A stretch of 64,000 nucleotides of DNA from Gammaproteobacteria bacterium. Its GTDB lineage: Bacteria; Pseudomonadota; Gammaproteobacteria; Ga0077536. The DNA is taken from contig CAXXLL010000002.1 of the NCBI GenBank assembly GCA_963662545.2, positions 832,001 through 896,000 of the forward strand. Direction: 5' to 3'. Under the pieces are notes generated by a model. That model had not been told where the DNA came from. It saw only the letters and a list, made by a program, of their open reading frames with translations, and searched no databases. Numbering within the stretch: position 1 is the first letter of the stretch; each line of letters opens with the position of its first letter. The position numbers were made by a program, and so were the translations under genes. This document shows, one piece after another, positions 38,589 through 48,241 of the stretch.

Positions 38589-39275
38589 TCAGGGATCGGG
38601 TGGGGGAATGATCCCCGTCAGGGACGCCCGCGCCGAGAGTTCGATCCAATTGCCGTCGGGATCGCATACGAATCCATAGCGAGCGATTTTTTCGAGGGTT
38701 TGAGGCGCGCGGCTGAGTCGGCCGCCGCGGGCGACGATCTGATCGCAGGCTTCGTCGGCATCGAAGATCTGGACCGTCAGATATCGGAAATTCGGACCGA
38801 CGAAGTCGTCAGTCTCGACTCCACCGGGCCCCTCTTCCACGAATAACAGGCTGTCGCCGCAGCGGGCGACATTGGATCCTGCCTGCTCGAATTCCATCGC
38901 GCCGAGATAGAAGTCCATCATGCGCGCGGGATCGGGCGTGCTCACGGTGATGCCGATGCCGATGACGCCGTCCGTGCCCGGCGGCACCAGCCGCACTTTC
39001 TCCCCGCCAGGGTGTGTCCCTACCCACGCCGGCGCACCATCCCGAGCGATCGTCAGGCCGGTGTACCCCGAAGGCGCCTGCGGTTCGAAAGGATCGGGAA
39101 AATGATTGATCTTGATCACCGAGTCGTGCGCGTCGTAGCGATGCTGAATGGTGCCGTTGCCAAAATCGAGCTCGTGATCCAGCCGCAGACCGACCGTTTC
39201 ACTCCAGAACGCGCGATGGCTAGCGATATCGTTGGTGAACAGGCCGATGTCGAGATGGGACTTGGCGAGGCGCAT
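38589..39275 (-). CDS. VOC-family protein (two modules)
   Basis: HLDIGLF...FW...GL, FYLGAMEF and DPDGNWIELS. Confidence 0.75.
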   Translation of the reverse strand: MRLAKSHLDIGLFTNDIASHRAFWSETVGLRLDHELDFGNGTIQHRYDAHDSVIKINHFPDPFEPQAPSGYTGLTIARDGAPAWVGTHPGGEKVRLVPPGTDGVIGIGITVSTPDPARMMDFYLGAMEFEQAGSNVARCGDSLLFVEEGPGGVETDDFVGPNFRYLTVQIFDADEACDQIVARGGRLSRAPQTLEKIARYGFVCDPDGNWIELSARASLTGIIPPPDP

Positions 39276-39285
39276 GGTCGGCGAT

Positions 39286-40359
39286 TCAGGATGGCAGCAT
39301 GTCGAGTGCGTCGTTGTCGATGGCCTGGTAGGCGCCGTCGGTAACCATTTTCATGAACAGTTGATCGCCGCGATCGGTTTGCTCCACGATCACGGTGGCG
39401 GCGATCGCGACCACGAGAACGGCAAAGCTGTAGTGACGGTAATCAGCCATCAGATGGTCGAAATCGTAATCCGTGACGCCGTTGGCGAGGAGATGCTCGC
39501 GATATTCATGCAGGAGTTCGACTTCGTGTGCACGCCGCGTTTCGCGATCGAAGGCGCCACCGAGGAAGTAGGCGACGTCCATGCCGGTGCCGAGAAAGTT
39601 GCTGGTCTGCCAGTCGACGAGGCAGATGCGTTCGCCCCCGATCAACATGTTGTCAACCCGGAAATCATTGTGCGAATAGCATTTCGGCAGGTCGCGGGGC
39701 GCATTCCACTCGGCGTGGCACTTGATCAACTTGTCGCAGACCTTGATGACTTGCGGGTCCATTCGATGGGCGTAGGTCTTCTCGAAATGCTCCCAGGATG
39801 ATTCCATCAACTCGGTGGTGTAGAAACCCTGCGCGCCTGCGGGGACGTACATCCAATCCTGGCTCATGAGTTCTGTATCGTTCCAGAAAGCAGCGTGCAG
39901 CAGCGCCGCTTCCTTGAGTGCCTTGCGCGCGACTTCGACGCTGCATCCCGCCATGTGATCGCCCTGCTGGGCGGGGGCCAGATCCTCGAACAGGAGCACG
40001 AACTCGTTGGTGTCGTGATCCATCTCGGCGACGTAGACGCCCGGGGTCCTGATGACCGCCCGGTGCGCGGCTTCGCGATAAAACATCACCTCGGCACGGT
40101 AAAAACCCATTTCCTTACCGGTTTTGCAGGCGACATCGTTGTCCGAGGGGAATTTACCGACCACCGTTTGCGGCGCATCCGGGGGCACGGCGCCTTCATA
40201 GTTCAGATGAAAGCGGCGCGTTTCGCCGAGTTGGCCGGTGCCGACCTTGTTCATCCTGAAATCCGCAACCCTCGCATCGATACCGTGGCGATTGAGTGCC
40301 GCCGTCAACCAGGCCGGCGTAACGGCCTGCGGCCGTGGAATGGCAATGGTTTCTGGCAT
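39286..40359 (-). CDS. Aminoglycoside/choline-kinase-like phosphotransferase
   Basis: GTGQ, EVMFY, LLFEDL, HNDFRVDN and VDWQ. Confidence 0.82.
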   Translation of the reverse strand: MPETIAIPRPQAVTPAWLTAALNRHGIDARVADFRMNKVGTGQLGETRRFHLNYEGAVPPDAPQTVVGKFPSDNDVACKTGKEMGFYRAEVMFYREAAHRAVIRTPGVYVAEMDHDTNEFVLLFEDLAPAQQGDHMAGCSVEVARKALKEAALLHAAFWNDTELMSQDWMYVPAGAQGFYTTELMESSWEHFEKTYAHRMDPQVIKVCDKLIKCHAEWNAPRDLPKCYSHNDFRVDNMLIGGERICLVDWQTSNFLGTGMDVAYFLGGAFDRETRRAHEVELLHEYREHLLANGVTDYDFDHLMADYRHYSFAVLVVAIAATVIVEQTDRGDQLFMKMVTDGAYQAIDNDALDMLPS

Positions 40360-40678
40360 CGCGAATAACCCTCCCTCAAAGGCTGCTCGGTGTCTCAGGT
40401 ATTCAATCTGTACATGATTGCACCGGGCGCCGGCGCCGTCGGCCCCGGGAGATTATAAAACGTTCGGCAGAATTGGAAGCGGGGGAAAGGATAAACCGGA
40501 TCAAGCAATTGGAGCGCCATCCCTCGAAACGTGATATCCAACATGCGCTTGCCCCCGTCGCGGCCGTAAGCCGGGCGCTCGACCTTGACCTGTTCGCAAA
40601 TTCCGTCGAGGATTTCGATTTTCTCATTATCCCGGATTGAATCACCGGGGTCGGGGCGCAGAGCAGATCTCCAATACC

Positions 40679-41368
40679 ATGACGGACGTTCGCAACAAAA
40701 ACATCGATTTTTACTTCGATTACATCTCGCACAACGCCTATCTGGCCTGGCATGTCCTCCCGGATCTGGCGGCGCGGCACGGCTGCGCGCTCGAACCGAT
40801 ACCGGTGCTGTTCGCCGGCTTTCTGAAGGTTTACGGGCAGCTTGGCCCGGCCGAGATCAGCCCCAAACTGGACTGGATGAATCGTAATAATCTGCGCAAG
40901 GCGTTGAAGCTCGGAATTCCCTTGAATGCGCCGGAAAGGCACCCGTTCAATCCGCTTTTTCTCCTGCGCCTGACGGCGCAGGTCGCGTCCGGCGAAAAAC
41001 GTTCGCAACTGATCGGCATTCTTCTGCGCGGCGTGTGGGTGGACGCGCTCGATGCGAACGACGCCGACGCTGTCGCTGATTATCTGGGAAAGTATGGTTT
41101 CGATGCGCGTGAACTGGTAGAGGGCGTCGGCAGCGAAGCGGCCAAGACGGCGGTCAGAGCCAACACCGACGAATGCATTGCCCGGGGTGGATTCGGGGTA
41201 CCGACGATGATCATCGGTGAGGAGGTCTTCTGGGGATACGACGACTTACCTTATCTCGAACAATATGTCTCCGGCGATGATCCCCTCGCTACGATCGACC
41301 TCGATACCTGCCTGAGCGCGTGGGAAAGATGCCGGGCACGAGGAGAGCACCGGCGGCGTTCGAGTTAA
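40679..41368 (+). CDS. 2-hydroxychromene-2-carboxylate isomerase-like protein (DsbA/kappa-GST family)
   Basis: IDFYFDYISHNAYLA, HPFNPL, GFGVPT and FWGYD. Confidence 0.82.
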   Translation: MTDVRNKNIDFYFDYISHNAYLAWHVLPDLAARHGCALEPIPVLFAGFLKVYGQLGPAEISPKLDWMNRNNLRKALKLGIPLNAPERHPFNPLFLLRLTAQVASGEKRSQLIGILLRGVWVDALDANDADAVADYLGKYGFDARELVEGVGSEAAKTAVRANTDECIARGGFGVPTMIIGEEVFWGYDDLPYLEQYVSGDDPLATIDLDTCLSAWERCRARGEHRRRSS

Positions 41369-41607
41369 CGCTCTGGTCTACATAACGAAAACGCCTGATC
41401 GGGGCGGCACCACGCGGGTCGGTATCGAACTCGCTGACTTCATCGCTCACTTCGACGCCGTGGTTGTTCAGTTGGGATTCACAGGGTGGATGTCACCCTG
41501 CACTCATCGGACGTGACGTAGAGAACGTGTCGTGCCTTAGAATTGCATTGGGGAAAGCGACCCGTAACGTCGCCGCCGCATTCAGTGGATTACCGCAAAA
41601 GGGACGA

Positions 41608-42033
41608 ATGAAAATGCTTGCACGCCGACTGATCATCTTTGCGCTCTTCCTGCTGGCCGCCGGCTGCGCTGCCAACAAACCGGTGATCTATCCGAACACC
41701 CATTCGCAGTCGGTCGGCACGGGGCAGGTAGAGGGCGACATCGCTGAGTGCAAGCAACTCGCCGAATCAGCCGGGGCCAGCCCTTACGGCGGCGATGCAA
41801 GCGATGCTGCACGGGCTGCCGTGCACGGCAGCGCGGTCGGTGCGGCGACCGGTGCGGTCGGTGGCGCCATCGGCGGTTCCGCGACCCGGGGCGCGAAGAT
41901 AGGCGCCGCGTCGGGCGCCACCGCGTCCCTGCTCCATGCCTTCTTCAAAAAACCCGGATCCAATCCGACCTACCGCAACTTCGTCGAGCGCTGCCTGCGC
42001 GATCGTGGCTACGACCTCGCCGGTTGGAATTGA
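41608..42033 (+). CDS. Glycine-zipper lipoprotein
   Basis: Lipobox AAGC, GAATGAVGGAIGG zipper and C-terminal CLRDRGY. Confidence 0.78.
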   Translation: MKMLARRLIIFALFLLAAGCAANKPVIYPNTHSQSVGTGQVEGDIAECKQLAESAGASPYGGDASDAARAAVHGSAVGAATGAVGGAIGGSATRGAKIGAASGATASLLHAFFKKPGSNPTYRNFVERCLRDRGYDLAGWN

Positions 42034-42112
42034 TCTAGAATTCGGGCACGCGCGAAGTTCGGAGATCGGAACGGCGCGTCGCTAACAGAGTTATTCGATT
42101 GAGGACAATGCC

Positions 42113-43753
42113 ATGCAAGGCTTGATGATGGAAATCCCTTTGCTGATCACGTCGATCATGCGGCACTGCGAACGGAATCACGCGAAGCGCGAAGTGGTGT
42201 CGGTAACCGCGGATCAAGCACGGCACCGCTATACTTACGGGGATTGTTTCGAGCGGACGCGCAGACTCGCGAATGCGCTGGATCGAATCGGGGCGACCGA
42301 GGACGCGCGGATCGCGACTCTCGCTTGGAATGATTTCCGGCATCTCGAGTTGTATTACGGCGCTGCCTGCAGCGGCCGCATCTACCATACGGTCAATCCG
42401 CGCCTGTTCGCCGAACAGCTCGTCTATATCATCAATCACGCCGAGGACGAATGGATGTTCACTGATCCCGCTTTCGTGCCGTTGCTCGAGGGCATCGCGT
42501 CTCAATGTCCAGGTGTGAAGGGATATATCGTATTGACCGACGAGGCGCACATGCCGGAGACCGCTCTGCCCAACGCCATGTGTTACGAGCAATTGCTGGC
42601 GGTGGAGTCGGATGTGTATGAATGGCCTGCGTTGGACGAAAACCGGGCCAGCGGCCTGTGTTACACCTCGGGCACCACCGGCAATCCCAAGGGCGCGCTT
42701 TACAGTCACCGTTCGACGGTACTTCATACCTATGGTCAGGCGATGCCGGACGTTCTCAACGTGTCGGTAATGGACTGCGTCATGCCGATCGTGCCGATGT
42801 TTCACGTCAATGCATGGGGTCTCCCGTTCAGCTGCCCGATGATCGGCGCGAAAATGGTGATGCCCGGTCCGAAATTGGGCGAACCCGAGGCCCTGGTTGA
42901 TTTGATCAACGAAGAGGGCGTGACGATGGCCGGCGGTGTTCCAACGGTGTGGCTGCCGGTGTTGAAGTACTTGAAGGAGTCCGGCCGCAATCTGAAACCG
43001 CTAAACCGGACGGCGATAGGCGGCTCGGCGTGCCCGGTGTCGATGATGCAGGAATTTCGGGATCGCCATAACGTGACCGTGTTGCACGCCTGGGGCATGA
43101 CGGAAATGAGCCCGCTCGGATCGCTCAACATGCCGAAACCGGCTAATGCAAATTACTCCCCGGCAGAAAAGGACGACTTGTTTCAGAGTGCGGGCCGTCC
43201 CGTTGCCGGAGTGGAAATGAAGATCACCGATGACGACGGCAACGAGCTACCCTGGGACGGCGAGGCTTTCGGCGCGCTCAAGGTGCGCGGTCCGTGGGTG
43301 ATCCGCGACTATTACAAACTGGATCAGCCGAGCGACGCATACGGTGCCGACGGTTGGTTTAATACCGGCGATGTAGCGACGATAGACGAGGAAGGTTATA
43401 TACGCATCACTGACCGCACTAAGGACGTCATAAAATCGGGCGGCGAATGGATCAGTTCAATCGATCTGGAAAACGTCGCGGCTGGACACCCCGGTGTCGC
43501 CGAAGCGGCGGTGATCGGTGCGCATCACCCGAAATGGCAGGAGCGACCGTTACTCGTAGTCGTCAAAGCCGACGACGCGGAGCCGACGCGCGAAGAACTA
43601 CTCGAATGGTTCGAAGGCAAGGTCGCCAAGTGGTGGATTCCCAACGACGTCGTGTTTGTCGACGAACTGCCGCATACCGCGACCGGTAAGATCAGCAAGT
43701 TGACGCTCAGGGAGAAATTCGTAAATTACGCGTTTCCGGATACGGCCGCCTGA
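42113..43753 (+). CDS. Fatty acyl-CoA ligase (DmdB/AlkK-like)
   Basis: [44 protein letters not shown] and TATGK. Confidence 0.9.
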   Translation: MQGLMMEIPLLITSIMRHCERNHAKREVVSVTADQARHRYTYGDCFERTRRLANALDRIGATEDARIATLAWNDFRHLELYYGAACSGRIYHTVNPRLFAEQLVYIINHAEDEWMFTDPAFVPLLEGIASQCPGVKGYIVLTDEAHMPETALPNAMCYEQLLAVESDVYEWPALDENRASGLCYTSGTTGNPKGALYSHRSTVLHTYGQAMPDVLNVSVMDCVMPIVPMFHVNAWGLPFSCPMIGAKMVMPGPKLGEPEALVDLINEEGVTMAGGVPTVWLPVLKYLKESGRNLKPLNRTAIGGSACPVSMMQEFRDRHNVTVLHAWGMTEMSPLGSLNMPKPANANYSPAEKDDLFQSAGRPVAGVEMKITDDDGNELPWDGEAFGALKVRGPWVIRDYYKLDQPSDAYGADGWFNTGDVATIDEEGYIRITDRTKDVIKSGGEWISSIDLENVAAGHPGVAEAAVIGAHHPKWQERPLLVVVKADDAEPTREELLEWFEGKVAKWWIPNDVVFVDELPHTATGKISKLTLREKFVNYAFPDTAA

Positions 43754-43779
43754 ACAACGATTTCGGAGTAAGGGTGCAC

Positions 43780-43805
43780 CTATTCGCCCGCAAGCGGGCG
43801 AATAG
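43780..43805. terminator. REP-core hairpin between convergent genes, probably a bidirectional terminator
   Basis: CTATTCGCCCGC-AA-GCGGGCGAATAG perfect inverted repeat that shares the REP core TTCGCCCGCAAGCGGGC. Confidence 0.55.
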
Positions 43806-43828
43806 AATTTTGGTGTCGCAAGCCGCAA

Positions 43829-45400
43829 TCAAATATTATTCTTGCTCATTTGCCCGGCGATGTAATCCGCCTGCCGTATCTCGAGCGAGACGATTGTGAG
43901 CGTCGGATTCTCCGCGCCGCCGGTCGTGAACTGGCTGCCGTCAGATACGAAAAGATTCTTGATGTCGTGCGCCTGGCCCCACTTGTTGACGACGCCGTTC
44001 GCAGCCTTTTCGCTCATGCGGTTGGTTCCGAGGTTGTGCGTCGACGGGTAGGGCGGCGTCTCGACAATCCGGGTCGCACCGACGGCTTCGTATACATTCG
44101 TCCCGGCCTGAAAAGCATGCCGGCGCATCGCCAGGTCATTTGCATGATCATCATAATGGACGTTCGGCACGGGCATGCCGTAGGGGTCTTTTTCGCTCGA
44201 ATGCAGAGTGACTGCATTGCTTTCCTGCGGCATGTCTTCACCCACGATCCACATGCCCGCCATGTGATCGTAGGCTTCCATCAATGATGCGAAATCACGG
44301 CCCCATGAGCCGGGCAGGAGAAATGCTGCGACAAAAGGAACGCCGAGTGCGATGGTCTCCATCTCGTAGCCGCTGACGAAACCGCGGGCCGGATCATTGA
44401 TCGATTCATCCGAAATGATGCCGGCCATGGTCGTGCCGCGGTACATGTTCACGGGCTTATCGAAGATTCCATAAACCGATGCGGTGAGATGTCTCATGTA
44501 GTTTCGACCGACCTGGCCGGATGAATTGGCCAGGCCGTCGGGAAAGGTGCTTGATGCGGAATTGAGCAGCAGACGCGGGCTTTCTATCGAATTACCCGCG
44601 ATACAAACGATGCGTGCTTTCTGCCGCTGCTTCTCCCCATTCTTGTCGGCGTAGACGACCGAGTCGACCTTACCGGTTTTGTCGTGCTTGATCCTGAGAA
44701 CGTGGGACTGCGGCCGAATTTCGAAATTCCCGGTCTGCTCCGCGTGTGGAATTTCCGTGTACAGGGTCGACCACTTGGCGCCCATGCGACAACCTTGAAA
44801 GCAAAAGCCCAGCTGGCGGCAGGAATTACGGCCGTCGCGCGGCTTGGAATTTATGGCCATGCGCCCCGTATGGACCTGTTTATAACCGACCTTCTTTGCC
44901 CCGGCCGCCATGACCTTGAAATTGTTGCAGGGCGGCAGGCCGGGGATGCCATTGGTCCGCGTGACGCCCATCTTCGCCTCGGCCTTGGCGTAATAGGGTT
45001 CGAGCTCTGCCAGCGACAGCGGCCAATCCAGGAGATTCGCGCCTGCGATAGATCCGTAGGTCGTGCGTGCCTTGAGTTCGTGTTCCCGCAGCCGCAAGCT
45101 CGCGCCTGCCCAATGTACGGTGGTGCCGCCGACGGTTTTGCAGATCCAGGCCGGCAGATTCGGGAAATCTCTGGCCACCAGCCAGGATCCCGAGGTGGTC
45201 CGTTTGTCCAGCCACGCCATGCGACCGAACATTCCCCATTCGTCGTTGGCGAAGTCACGGGTGAAATCGAGACGCGCGCCCGCCTCGAGGCACACGACCT
45301 TCACGCCTTTCTGCGCGAGTTCGTTCCCCAAGGTCCCGCCGCCGGCGCCGGAACCGATGACCACCACGACGCTGTCATCATTGCGATCGAATTTTTTCAT
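43829..45400 (-). CDS. GMC-family flavoprotein oxidoreductase
   Basis: VIGSGAGGG, VGGTTVHW, CRQLGFCFQGC, THNLGTNRM and ENPTLT. Confidence 0.9.
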   Translation of the reverse strand: MKKFDRNDDSVVVVIGSGAGGGTLGNELAQKGVKVVCLEAGARLDFTRDFANDEWGMFGRMAWLDKRTTSGSWLVARDFPNLPAWICKTVGGTTVHWAGASLRLREHELKARTTYGSIAGANLLDWPLSLAELEPYYAKAEAKMGVTRTNGIPGLPPCNNFKVMAAGAKKVGYKQVHTGRMAINSKPRDGRNSCRQLGFCFQGCRMGAKWSTLYTEIPHAEQTGNFEIRPQSHVLRIKHDKTGKVDSVVYADKNGEKQRQKARIVCIAGNSIESPRLLLNSASSTFPDGLANSSGQVGRNYMRHLTASVYGIFDKPVNMYRGTTMAGIISDESINDPARGFVSGYEMETIALGVPFVAAFLLPGSWGRDFASLMEAYDHMAGMWIVGEDMPQESNAVTLHSSEKDPYGMPVPNVHYDDHANDLAMRRHAFQAGTNVYEAVGATRIVETPPYPSTHNLGTNRMSEKAANGVVNKWGQAHDIKNLFVSDGSQFTTGGAENPTLTIVSLEIRQADYIAGQMSKNNI

Positions 45401-45407
45401 CGGTCCG

Positions 45408-45923
45408 TCAATCCGCCGGCAGCCAGTCGATGTCGTCAAACCCCCGCTCGAGGTAGCCGCCGAAAGGATACGATGCCCCTTCATATCCGAAATGCGGCCA
45501 TACCTTGGGATTGTTGTACAGCGCGACGACGACGTGCCCTTGTATGGTTTTGAAAAACGGTGTGCCTTCCATGGACGTGAGCATTCGGGTCTGTCCGGCC
45601 TCATCCATCTCGAGAAACTTACCGGCGGATGTTCCGTCTAGTTTTTTCACGCCCTGCGCTAAGAGCTCCGCGAGATTGCCATCGTCCACTGCTTTCTGGT
45701 CCAGGCCTTCGACGCAGGTGCTGTAGTAACTGTCGTTCAGTTCGTCGTGGGGGAACATGACGCGGCAGACGCGAATTAATACCGTCGCCGTGTAGTCGTC
45801 CAGATTCTCGAATTTTATTTCACCCGCGGCGATGGCGGGTAGGTATGCCGTCAATGACGAGGCCGCGAGGGTCCGGCCGCTCGATTCGAGAAACTGGCGA
45901 CGGTTGAATCGTGCTTTGCTCAT
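45408..45923 (-). CDS. Tat-exported small subunit (gluconate 2-dehydrogenase subunit 3-like)
   Basis: NRRQFL Tat motif and YNNPKVWPHFGYEG...RGFDDIDWLP. Directly upstream of the GMC gene. Confidence 0.8.
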   Translation of the reverse strand: MSKARFNRRQFLESSGRTLAASSLTAYLPAIAAGEIKFENLDDYTATVLIRVCRVMFPHDELNDSYYSTCVEGLDQKAVDDGNLAELLAQGVKKLDGTSAGKFLEMDEAGQTRMLTSMEGTPFFKTIQGHVVVALYNNPKVWPHFGYEGASYPFGGYLERGFDDIDWLPAD

Positions 45924-46038
45924 GTGCAAACCTTTTTGACGCTTGGATGCATATGGATGGGACGTGAAATCATGACAGCTTCTCGAAGCTTGATCTACGT
46001 CGGTGTTTGTCACATCAAAGGGAAACCGGCGCTATCGG

Positions 46039-46070
46039 AAAAAAAAAACGGGCCGCGAAAGCGGCCCGTT
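46039..46070 (-). terminator. Rho-independent terminator
   Basis: AACGGGCCGC-GAAA-GCGGCCCGTT preceded by an A10 run (U-tract on the minus strand), just after the DUF1329 gene. Confidence 0.85.
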
Positions 46071-46106
46071 GAATAGGCACCTGGACAGTGCCGCTAGGCG
46101 ATGCGC

Positions 46107-47486
46107 TTAGCGGCCCTCGGTGAGGTAGTTCACGTCATGCGTACGCTTGACTTGCTTGATCGTCGTGTCCGGGTAGCTGTTGCCACGGCAGGGCACCAGC
46201 GTTCCGCGACTGTTTTGCTTGTCGATCACGTTAATGCTCTGGAAGTTCAGCACGCGTGTACCGAGAGCCGTTTCGCTACCGCCGAATTTTTTTCGATCTT
46301 CGGGATCGCGATATTGCGGGTCCTCGGTCCAGCTCTTCTGGATCTGCCAGGTCTTCCACAGTTCACCGGCCTGATCGAACGAGTTGGCATAGAATGCTTC
46401 GCCCGACTGACGGTCCATATAGATAAACTTAGTGGAGTAGGGGTGCCCCTTCCATCCCGGATACATCCGGACTACGTCGACAAGGCGCAGCGCCCAGTCG
46501 TCATACGGCGCCCAGCCGTTGGGGCCGTAATAAATGGTCTGGGGGTAGCGCGAACGTACAACCGCGAGTAGGCGGACCGTGCCGATATATTCCCAGCTAT
46601 GCTGCATCGGGCGCCCGTTGAAGCCGTAGAAGTCTGCCAGGGTATGGTCCGTGCCGAGCAGCGAGTCTGATTTCACCTCGACTGAGATGCGGCGCACGCG
46701 GCGCAGGCTTGGAATGTACGCCCAGGAATCGTCGGCCTTGCGCGGGTCGTCGTAGCGCAAGATCAAGAACGCGGTACCGGCGATGTCGAACGGCGCGCTG
46801 AATCCGGTGTATTCGCGAAAGTGCGTGCCCTTCGCAAAACCCTTGCCACCGTTCATCATGTAGTTCTCTTCGGGCAGGTCAGCGCGGTGCGACATGTGTA
46901 TGCGTTGATAAGGACCCACCAGGACGCGCTCGAAGGTGCCGCCGCCGCGGTAGTATTCGGCATATTTGCCGCCGGCTTCCGTCATGACACCGTGCTTATC
47001 GTGGTTGCCGCCGGGGCGCACCCAGACCCAGTGCACCTCGTCGATCTTAAGTCCGTCGTTCTGCCAGCGGTACATCCAGTTCCAGATATGTTTCCAACCG
47101 TCTTCTTTACTGCCCGGTGTAAACTTCTCCGGGTCGAACATGCGGCCGGCGGTGTAATTCCCGAACGCGCCGTCGGCGTCAATCGTTGCCTGGCCGTAGA
47201 ATTTCTTGGTCGCTATCTGGAAGCTCTCTGCCGGACTTAGATCGCCCGCATCCTTGATCGTCATCTCCATGCCTTCGAAGATGAGATCTTCCTGCTGTTC
47301 GACGGGAATGAATGGCCGGATCAAGTCGGCGTTCTGGAAAGTGATGGTATCGCCGTCAACGAATTGCGGTTGCGCGCTTTGGTTCGCCTTGATCCACGCC
47401 AAGTGATCCTCGGGCGCAAAAGCATTCCCAACGAGCGGCAGCGCCGCCAATACCGCGACGAGTGCGTATTGCGTTGGTTTCAACAT
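46107..47486 (-). CDS. DUF1329-family periplasmic protein
   Basis: Signal peptide, DDSWAYIPSLRRVRRIS, DSLLGTD and DQAGELWK. Confidence 0.82.
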   Translation of the reverse strand: MLKPTQYALVAVLAALPLVGNAFAPEDHLAWIKANQSAQPQFVDGDTITFQNADLIRPFIPVEQQEDLIFEGMEMTIKDAGDLSPAESFQIATKKFYGQATIDADGAFGNYTAGRMFDPEKFTPGSKEDGWKHIWNWMYRWQNDGLKIDEVHWVWVRPGGNHDKHGVMTEAGGKYAEYYRGGGTFERVLVGPYQRIHMSHRADLPEENYMMNGGKGFAKGTHFREYTGFSAPFDIAGTAFLILRYDDPRKADDSWAYIPSLRRVRRISVEVKSDSLLGTDHTLADFYGFNGRPMQHSWEYIGTVRLLAVVRSRYPQTIYYGPNGWAPYDDWALRLVDVVRMYPGWKGHPYSTKFIYMDRQSGEAFYANSFDQAGELWKTWQIQKSWTEDPQYRDPEDRKKFGGSETALGTRVLNFQSINVIDKQNSRGTLVPCRGNSYPDTTIKQVKRTHDVNYLTEGR

Positions 47487-47606
47487 ATTGAGTCCCTCGT
47501 GTTTCCTTTCGATTGAGCTACGCGTCAACGCCATGCAGGCGGGCGAAGCCGAGGCCAGTAAACAGCAAAGCTTGTGAAGATCGTGTGAAAGTGGTGCGCT
47601 CACGGA

Positions 47607-48110
47607 TTACTGGCGTATTCGAATCTGCTCCTGACCTTGGTCCTGCAGCGGTAGCTCGGTGCGCTGCACAAGAGGCTTCAGCGCGAAGCTCGTTTGGATG
47701 TTCGCGATCACGGAGATCTTGGTGAGTTTTTCCATCAGAAAACGCTCGTAGCTCTCGAGATCGGGCAGCACGACGCGCAGCAGGTAATCCGACGTTCCGG
47801 TCATGAGATAGCACTCCATGACCTCCGGATAAGTCACGATCTGGGATTGGAATGCGTCCAGTGCAGGTTTTTCCTGGGTATTCAGGGAAACATTCACAAA
47901 TGCGCTGATGCCGAAACCCACTGCATTGGGGTCGACGATTGCGACATAGCGTCTGATGACGCCCTGTTGCTCCAAAGCCTTGACCCGGCGCAGGCAGGGG
48001 GAGGGTGACAAGCCGATTTTCTCCGCCAGTTCCGTGTTGGCGATGCGCCCGTCGTTCTGCAGATAGTGCAGGATCCCGTAGTCGATGCGGTCTAGTTTAA
48101 ATATTGGCAT
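47607..48110 (-). CDS. Lrp/AsnC-family transcriptional regulator
   Basis: LDRIDYGIL, GLSPSPCLRRVKALE and ECYLMTGTSDYLLRV. Confidence 0.92.
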   Translation of the reverse strand: MPIFKLDRIDYGILHYLQNDGRIANTELAEKIGLSPSPCLRRVKALEQQGVIRRYVAIVDPNAVGFGISAFVNVSLNTQEKPALDAFQSQIVTYPEVMECYLMTGTSDYLLRVVLPDLESYERFLMEKLTKISVIANIQTSFALKPLVQRTELPLQDQGQEQIRIRQ

Positions 48111-48241
48111 AAAATTTCAACGATTGGCGGATTTAAGACGCATTATGCTCAGATCAGCTGGATTGTATAGCACGATTAGCACCTAAATGTCCGACGGGAC
48201 GGATAGAATGATCTCCGGTTTTCAGCCCGTTCGAGCAAGCC

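Noticed and set aside
27577-43805. CRISPR array built from the palindromic repeats
   Set aside because: The copies are dispersed and inverted rather than regularly spaced direct repeats, and there are no cas genes.
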